From a virus, in IMG/VR virus record IMGVR_UViG_3300025120_000019: a DNA stretch of 64,000 nucleotides. The stretch is one strand, 5' to 3'. Position 1 is the first letter of the stretch, and every line of letters starts with the position of its first letter. Below, one piece after another: positions 52,632 through 61,200 of this stretch. Both the position numbers and the translations under genes were made by a program. The notes beneath the pieces are model-generated. The model ran no database searches. It saw only the letters and a list, made by a program, of their open reading frames with translations, and was not told where the DNA came from.

Positions 52632-54655
52632 ACTATAACTCCAGTGTAAATAATGTAATTAAGTGTTACAAATGGATCAGTAGTATCCATAGCAGAATTT
52701 GTTGCTGTAACTAATCCACCAGATGTAGACATTTTAGAACCGCTTGCACCATCAGATGCCGCACCGCCAGCACTTGCTCCAGTACCCGATAACCCACCCA
52801 CTGTACTTGTTACATAGAATTGATCATTTGTACTACTCTTTAAATCATGTTCATGATCAGGCAAATTAGCTGTTGTAATTGTATTAGATGCGTTACCACT
52901 TACTCCACCCAAAGCACCTGTTCCTGCTGTAATTCTATTATTATTTGAAGACGGAGAACCTAATGTACCAACTACACCTCTACCCCGTAAATCAGGTAAA
53001 CTAAATACCTGGCTAGTATCTGCACCATAGGTTGTGCCTATAGCTGTAAATAAAGTTGCATATGTTGTTCTTAGTTGTGAACTTCCATCACATAATAACC
53101 AACCACTTGGAGCACTTGTTCCTGCAAAAGGAACCACTGTTCCTACTGGAATTGTTTGTATACTTCCAACTATATCGCTTTGAGTTGCTTTATATAAATT
53201 AGATCCTCTTGCTACAAGTAATTCATCTGTGCCAACTATTGGTGCTGGAATTGCTGTCTTATTTGTAACAAAAGCTGGTGCTATAGTACTATTAGATAAT
53301 ACTTTAGTTGAACCACCTGTTTGTCCATCAAATTGAAAACTATCTGCTGTTACATCTCCGTTTATACTAAACGTTGTTGCACTATTTAATTTTCCTGCAC
53401 TTGTTGCTGTTCCGGTAAGTGTTGCAGTTATTGCTAAACTTGCTCCTGCTTTTGGTTGAATAGATGTTGTTGTAATTCTGTTTGCATATAAGTTATCATA
53501 GAATAAAGTAGATGTTCCTATGTTATGTGTGCCATTATTTTCTGGAATAATATTTTCAGCAGTTATTTGACTATTAACCGTTAGTGTTCCTCCAACGTGT
53601 AAGTCTTGTGCAATTCCGATTCCACCAGGTGTAGTTATGGAACCTGTAGTGGCACTAGTTGCGTTTGTTGTTAGCGTTGTTTTAATTGTTCCACTTGATA
53701 AAATATTTCCAGTAACGTCTAAAGATTCTGCTGGTGTAGCATTGTTTATACCAACACTATTTGTTGTAGATGCAGTTTTAACTCTAATAGCCGGAGTCTG
53801 CGTTGCTGTAGTTCTTATATCAAGAGTACCTGTACCCGAGTGTTCTATAATACTGTCTGCATCTTCAACCAGTACTGCTATATTTTTTGTTTGCCCAAAT
53901 TCTATGCCCCGATTATCGCTTATTTTCAAAGGTACATTTACTGTTTGCACTCCTGCTTCTGCATCGTTTCTAACAAATTTTGTACCATCAACAGGTAGAT
54001 TATTAATTACTAAATTATTTGCTTGTTCTGCTGTTCCGTTTAGCTGAGAAGCTAAAGACTTATTTAAATTTATTCCTATTTTTATAGGAATTGCTGAAGT
54101 ATAACCTGCAATATTACTTTTTGGTGCAAAAGTAACATTACTTATAATTGCTATTGGTATGTCTTGTGCATAAATTATCGTAACTTTTTCAGCAAGTGCA
54201 TCGTCTGCTCTAGCAATATCTACAGAGATAGCTCCTGTTATTGATGCTGAACTATATTGTGGGCCTACAAGTACATATCCGCTCCCTGTATAAATGTATA
54301 ACTGACTGTTTGTAGTATCAACCCATATATCTCCAGCAACACTATTATCAGTTGCTGGTTGCGAGGCTGACTTTTTTAGTCCACCTGCCGCTACCCATTG
54401 TGTTCCGTCATATATTTTTAATTGATCAATCCCGGCTGTTGTATCGTACCAAAGTTGGCCTTCAACTGGATTACTAGGAGGATTAGCATTGGAAAAATTT
54501 TCTAATAAATGCAAAAAATTTGTGTTTAAACTACTACCATATCCTTCTTGATTATTTCCAATCAATCCAAGACTAGTATCTGTATTGATTGCATTATCTT
54601 CAATTGTAATAAAACCTTTGTTTGCATTATCTGTAAAAGGAATATCATAAGACAT
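52628..54655 (-). CDS. Tail fibre protein with phage tail-collar domain
   Basis: 'IPVGTVVPFAGTSAPSGWLLCDG...Y..LF.AIG..YG....F.LPDLRGR...LP.H.H...P...LNYII'. Confidence 0.9.
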   Translation of the reverse strand: MSYDIPFTDNANKGFITIEDNAINTDTSLGLIGNNQEGYGSSLNTNFLHLLENFSNANPPSNPVEGQLWYDTTAGIDQLKIYDGTQWVAAGGLKKSASQPATDNSVAGDIWVDTTNSQLYIYTGSGYVLVGPQYSSASITGAISVDIARADDALAEKVTIIYAQDIPIAIISNVTFAPKSNIAGYTSAIPIKIGINLNKSLASQLNGTAEQANNLVINNLPVDGTKFVRNDAEAGVQTVNVPLKISDNRGIEFGQTKNIAVLVEDADSIIEHSGTGTLDIRTTATQTPAIRVKTASTTNSVGINNATPAESLDVTGNILSSGTIKTTLTTNATSATTGSITTPGGIGIAQDLHVGGTLTVNSQITAENIIPENNGTHNIGTSTLFYDNLYANRITTTSIQPKAGASLAITATLTGTATSAGKLNSATTFSINGDVTADSFQFDGQTGGSTKVLSNSTIAPAFVTNKTAIPAPIVGTDELLVARGSNLYKATQSDIVGSIQTIPVGTVVPFAGTSAPSGWLLCDGSSQLRTTYATLFTAIGTTYGADTSQVFSLPDLRGRGVVGTLGSPSSNNNRITAGTGALGGVSGNASNTITTANLPDHEHDLKSSTNDQFYVTSTVGGLSGTGASAGGAASDGASGSKMSTSGGLVTATNSAMDTTDPFVTLNYIIYTGVIV

Positions 54656-55260
54656 TAGCTGTTACCTCCGCTAAGGCTTTGTACTCTCACAGTGTAGTCA
54701 ATTTGTATTAATCTGTTCAATGATTTTTGTACTGGATGGAAAATTACATGAGTAATTAATCTTCCTGTTCCACTTGCACTATAACCTCTCAAACCTAGCT
54801 CATCAAATACAAATTGTTGTTCAGTATCAGATGCAGTATCAAATGCATCTTGCCCACTTGGTTCACCATAATCTAATAAACAACAAACAACAACATCAGT
54901 GTAATTTGTTCCGCTTACATGGCGAGTTTCAATCTTATTACGTGTAGGATCTAAATTATTTACATTTCTATCATCAACTACTTTTGTATAAGTTTGATTA
55001 TATAAACTTGCATTAGTTCCTGTACTATTTGGTGTCAAATATGTTATTATTCCTGTTGGGTCTACAATAGTTCCGCCATTGCCAAAACTCATTTCGCTTA
55101 TAAATCCTTGTCCAATATTACCAAGGCTTTCAGCAAGGCTTATACTCATATTTTCATAATGTATTGCATTACGTTTGTCCACAAACACATGACCCGACTC
55201 TGGGTTATATATCTTTATATGACCTTCTATGTGTACACCGTTTTGTTCTGTTTGTATCAT
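54655..55260 (-). CDS. Virion structural protein (baseplate/tail-associated)
   Basis: 'IEGHIKI...NAIH...FGNGG...FDELGL...LITHVIFHPVQKS..R.IQI.Y'; located in the tail module. Confidence 0.7.
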   Translation of the reverse strand: MIQTEQNGVHIEGHIKIYNPESGHVFVDKRNAIHYENMSISLAESLGNIGQGFISEMSFGNGGTIVDPTGIITYLTPNSTGTNASLYNQTYTKVVDDRNVNNLDPTRNKIETRHVSGTNYTDVVVCCLLDYGEPSGQDAFDTASDTEQQFVFDELGLRGYSASGTGRLITHVIFHPVQKSLNRLIQIDYTVRVQSLSGGNS

Positions 55261-55276
55261 ATTATCATCCTTATTG

Positions 55277-55284
55277 TATTTATC
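55277..55284 (-). promoter_or_regulatory. Putative late promoter GATAAATA
   Basis: Minus strand, overlaps the stop of the giant gene, upstream of an AAGGA RBS. Confidence 0.55.
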
Positions 55285-58200
55285 GGGTTAGCTTTATTGA
55301 GCCGTCTGTTAGGAATTTGCTAATAGTATTTTTACTATCTGAAATACTTTTGCCTTTATCATTCCAAACTTTTCCTTCTTTCCTTATTACTTTTATTTCT
55401 ACACCTTCACCTGGCGTTGTTTTTAGAGTTAAAATATTATTTTGAACTGAAAAATCAGCTGAAATAGTTTCGTCTCCACCCGGACTATCTTGATCTAATG
55501 TGCTATTGTACAATGAATAGCTTGATTTGATTAATCTACTTCCTGCTACAAATACATCAAATTGATTAATATTTGCAGGTGTCCAGTTTAAAACAAATGT
55601 ACTTGAAGAATTATCACCTGTAAAAGTTTGAGTATATGTAGTATCTTGGTAAGGAATAGTTTCGCTTCCTCCTTGATTATATACTCTAGCAGTTGTAAGA
55701 TGGACTTCTGGTACACCAGTACCAAGTGTGCCACGTTGTAATTGACTTAAAACATTGTTGTTCTTAGCAAAATACTCAATTCGTTCACCGTTTATAAAAA
55801 TAATTCCAGGTAATGATGATTCTCTATTTGGTTCATCTAGGCCTGTAGCATCTTTTAAAACAATATTTAGATCATACCAATTAATATTAGATTGTAGCTC
55901 ATACTCTTTTGCACTGGTTATCCTCTTATAATGATATCTATTTAATATATCTTTGAAAATCCTATAAGCAAACTTTTTCTTACTTACTGTTGCACAAGAA
56001 TAAAGTATTTCAATTTGATCATTTTTTAAAGGTGCTTCACTTAATAATACAGTTTTTCCATCTTCTGATAATGTGTAATCAACTTGCGAAGTTAAAAATT
56101 TTCCGTTTAAAAATACCCATGCATAATTTGCCCCAGGAATTTCTTTGTTAAGAGGAATATGTCCTTGGGAAACTAAATTTTTTGTCAAATAGTCTGCTGA
56201 ACCTTCGGGTGCATTTGTACCATCGTATGAAACTCTGTAACTTAGCCTTTCAAACTCATTTATATCATGATTAGAAAATACATAAATTGTTACATCTTCG
56301 TTTGGTATTTCTTTTAAAGATAATCTATTACTTTCTACTACAGTAACACTATCAATTTTAAAAGCTGTACTATCATCAAAATATAAAGTTGGTGTATCAT
56401 CTTTTTCTGCTAATAATACCAAGTCACGCTCATAACCTTGTAATAGAATTGTTACATCGCTTCCTACTTTTGTAAATTCTTGTATTGTACAAACTACATT
56501 TGTGCTATCATTAAGAGTAAAATTAATGCTATCTAGTGGTTCATAATCTACTAGTGTTGCCGCATTGCTTAATGTAACCTTTGTATCAACAAAGAAATAA
56601 TCAGCTTTATCAATAAGTATCACACGCATTTTATCGCCTGCAACACCAACAGATCTTGATGTTAAACTTAATCTGCCATTAATTGTATCGTACACATAAT
56701 TCTTAGGATTTACATACTGGTCATTTATGTAAACTAAAACATCAGATTGCATGATTAATGTTTGATCTACAAATTGCCAGTTATCTAATTCATAAACTCT
56801 TTCTTGTGTAATTGTATGTAATATCGAGTAACCTGCATCTAAGAATGTATTTCCTTTTTTAACTAGCACATTATGACTATATGGTTTTTTGTTAAAAGGT
56901 AGCGGCACTGCACCATTAGCACCAAATGTGTGTGATTTATTAGTAGAAACAAATCTGCTAAATGTAGTATCTATAGCTAGTTGACTATATTGCTGTCCTG
57001 TTCCTGTATAAAGAGTATAGGTGATAATACTATTTGCTTTGGGTGTATCACCCAATGTAATCATTACTTTATCTGCGTCCTCTCCATACTCTGATCCTGA
57101 TACTGATATAATAAAGTTTGTAGTTACAACACCGTTGACTGCAACAACCGCTGTCAATCCTGAAACGTATTGATAATATGTTATAAAGTTTTTACTAACT
57201 CCGTCTGCTGTAAACGTATCGCTATCTAAAATATTTGTGCCATTAGTACCTATAGTCATTACAGATAAATGTATTCCTACTGGTAACAAAGAACTATCAG
57301 AAATTCTTAATATTTTTTCTATATAATCTATTTCATATTGCGAAGGACTCAGTACAATATTATCTAACTTTACAATTACGCTATCTTGATTTGCTGGTAG
57401 TTCTTCTAAAGGATATTCAGCACCCGTACCATCAGTAGTAAAGTTTTGTACTGTAATCATTCCTTGTCCGTCATTTACTCTTTCATAAACTTGTATATCA
57501 AGTGTATCTAAAATTTGTCCAGGAACGTTTTCTTCTGGTCCTTTTGATGTAGTTGGTGTAACAAATCCATCTCCATCTACAACAATATTACCAGAGGCTA
57601 TACCAGTTGCAGTCGAAAATTTTCCTGCTATATTTGTTAAATCTCCTCCAGTAAGTTGTGTATCAAATGTTACACCTGTTGGCGTAACTGCACCATCACT
57701 AGTTGATTTTCTAACTATAATAGTATCACCGTCTGTAGTGTTTATTCCTGTAACATCTAAAGCAAAACTATCTGTGATTCCATCTCCAACTATACTACGC
57801 ATAATTGCATCTGGATTACTAAATGTTGACGAATCGCCTACCCAATCAGGATCATCTAAACGTGTTGGATTTTCATTTACCCCTGCTGTAATAGATTTGT
57901 AGTATATATTATATGTTATACCTGGTTCAAAAGGTTTACTTACAGTTATATTAGCTGTGCTACCATCTAAAATAAATACTTCATCTTCAAAATTTGCATC
58001 AAAGTCATCAAATGCATCTGTTCCAAATTTGCCTCTATTGAAACCTATATTTGCTCCAAACGAAACTGTATCAATTTGTACTCCTCCGTAATCAACACCA
58101 TCCATTAATTGGGCTAGGTCTTTTCCGTATTGTCCAGTAGTTGGACTGTAAAAGAAGTTTATCCTGTCTTCAGCATTTAAATATTCTATATCTTTCTTAT

Positions 58201-61200
58201 ATTTTACAGAAATTACAGCATTTTTTGAAGGTGCTGTTGTAAAAGTTATTTGTCCATAATATTTTTCATAAGTTGCTGTGGTATCTAAAATATTTGATAC
58301 AACATAATCACTGCTTAGTTGTTCTACACTATTAACAGTTATTTCTATATCTGCAGGCTTGACACTCATAGGCCATTTTACATTAAATAAAATTTGTGAA
58401 CCTGTTCCAGTAAACGATGTAGTAACATTCAAGTCAGTAACTTGGTATGTTCCTGATACACGGTCAAACCGTATTATCATATGCGTTGACCGTACTGGAG
58501 AATTTCCTAATATTGCAACTGCTTTTGAATCTGTACTAGCAACACCGTAAGCATCCTGATCTTTCTTTGTTCCTGAAAAAGTAATTGTTGGAGAAGTGAT
58601 ATATTTTTTTCCTGCTCCATTAAAAATTATACCAGTAACTTTGTCTCCTGAAATAGTTGCTGTGCCAGTAGCAGTTGGTCCACCACCGCCACTTACTGTT
58701 ACAGTCGGTGATGATTCCCATCCGGACCCTCCTTGTGTTATTTTGATATCAGTAACTTCAAAACCAACATTATCAAACCAATTACGTTGTGGATACGTAG
58801 TTACAAATGATGAATAATTTTTTATTTCACTATTAATAACTTGTGCGTTTTCAGGTATAATTTTTCCTTGTACTTCATCATACCTAGGAGGTAAATCAAA
58901 ATCACTAATAACTGTTTGAGTGGGTTCAATTTTTTCGTAAGAACTTAAATATTCTCTAATTTTTGTACTGTAAGGTTTGACTTCGTTTACATACTCAGTA
59001 TAACTTTCTAAATTGTCATTTTTAAATGTAACTTTTTGTTGTAGTTCTCCTACATTATGTTTTGCTTTAATGAAAGCCGTTTTGAAAATCCAATCTACAT
59101 TTAATTGCTCAGATAATATGTAACGAACACTACTAAAAAATAATTTATTCCATTCTACTAATAGAGTATCAACAAAAATATTATCTTTAATTGTATTAAG
59201 TAATATTCTTATTTCCTGTCCGGCATCTCTATCATACAAAGCACTATCGTAAACAGCTTTATCAAAACCAAACTTTGAATTGTTATATAATAAAGAACTT
59301 AATTCTAATGTCCCGTTTTGTCTTCCAATAGTTTGATAGTTTACTGTGTAATCAACTTCAGGTTGATTATCTATTTTATACAATAATAACCAGCCGCCTG
59401 AACCTATTGATTCAACTTTTACAATATCGCCTAATTGGTCTTTGAGTCCTCCTAAAGCATAACTACCTGGTACCAAATAATCAATAGCAGTATTTTCACT
59501 ATATCCTGATTTATACCAATCTTTATAATTCCAATATAATCCAGCATCATATCCTTGATTGTTTACCCTAACCCATGCTTTATCTGTAGTATTCCAAATG
59601 TAGGTTGCCCAAAATCCTAATAAAGTAGAATCAGCTTTTACTAATGCTGTAAAAGGCCTCACTGTTACAACTGTTGATTGCGAATAGTTTTTTCCTTGGT
59701 TAACTACTACAGCTTCAATAACTTGACCTAAATTATTTACATATGTTTCAATTTCGGCACCAGTTCCTGTTCCTTGTATTGTAACTTTAGGTCCTCTACG
59801 CTTTGTATCATTTGCACTATTAAATGCTGGATCAATATATCCTCTTCCTGCACTGGTTATATTAACGTCAGTAACTCTGCCATCTGTGATAGTTATTCCT
59901 AGTGTTGCTTGACTAATCTTAGATGTACCAATAAATCTTAACAAAGATTCGGTATCAATACTAGTATCATAATCTCTAGATACTGCTGACGGTACTGGGT
60001 CTTTTTTAGATAATCCTGATATATTATATTCGTCTACAATTAAATTACCAGCTAATACAAGATTTATTCTTTCAATAATCTGTTTTAAAGCTTCTGCTCT
60101 ATTGACAAACATAGTTTGTAACGGTTCATCTAAAATACCATATCTTCTAGCACTACTTACACCTGGATCTGGTACAGGAGTTTTATTTTCGTCATATCCT
60201 ACTAAGCTATCGATCCATTTTTTAATTAATGTATTGCTAGGTTGACTTGTTTCAAGCCCTTCGGTTAATAAATCATATTCTCTATGTAAATTATTTTCTT
60301 TAACTTCTACTGTGTTATAATATTCAAAATGTAGAATTGTATCTTTGTCTCTAATTAAACTTCTACAATTATAAATTCCAAAATTATCAGTACCAAACAT
60401 TGCTAAAAACTTATAACCATTGCTTGCTGGATCTTCAATTAAAGATGCAACCGAAGAAGCAGTTATATTTCTATTTGCAAGAGGTGGTAATACTTTTGTA
60501 TTTTTTACCCAATAATAATATTTGGCTGAAAATTGTCCTGTTATTGCATCATATATATTTTGCCTAGTATAACGTAAATTACCGTAACGTGATTTTCCAC
60601 TTATTCCTTGAGATAGTCCTTCAGTAGTATCTGCGATATCATCCCATTGCTCAGGAAGGAGTTTACTTTCAACCCACTCATAAATGTCAACACTATATCC
60701 AGGAATAACTTTATTCCACACATTGGCACTGTATTCAGAATTTTTTTGATAAGGATTATACCATTTTACTGCACTTAGGTCCCATAAAAGTTTTCCAACC
60801 TTTTCGTCACCCCAAGGATTTACAGTACCAGTATTTGTACTTCCTATATTATATACTGCTGGATCATAATATAGTTTAAAGTCTAATTCTCTTTCTGCGG
60901 CATTAGCTATTTTACCTTGAATAGGATCAATAAAATCTAAATATGTGATTAAATCACTTGTAACTTTATCATATATAAAGGATCCACGCATTTTATCATA
61001 ATTTGTAAAGTCTGTAGCAGATGCTAAAGTTGTCCAATTTACTGTATCTCTATCTGCTCTCAAATCAAATAGTAATCCATTTCTAGTATTACTTGTTTGT
61101 AATCCTATAAATCCAAGATACAAATGATTATTAGTGTAAACTAATTCTACATCAACGGCAGTTGATAGATCTCTTGTAATTGTATTACCAAAGTCATCTG

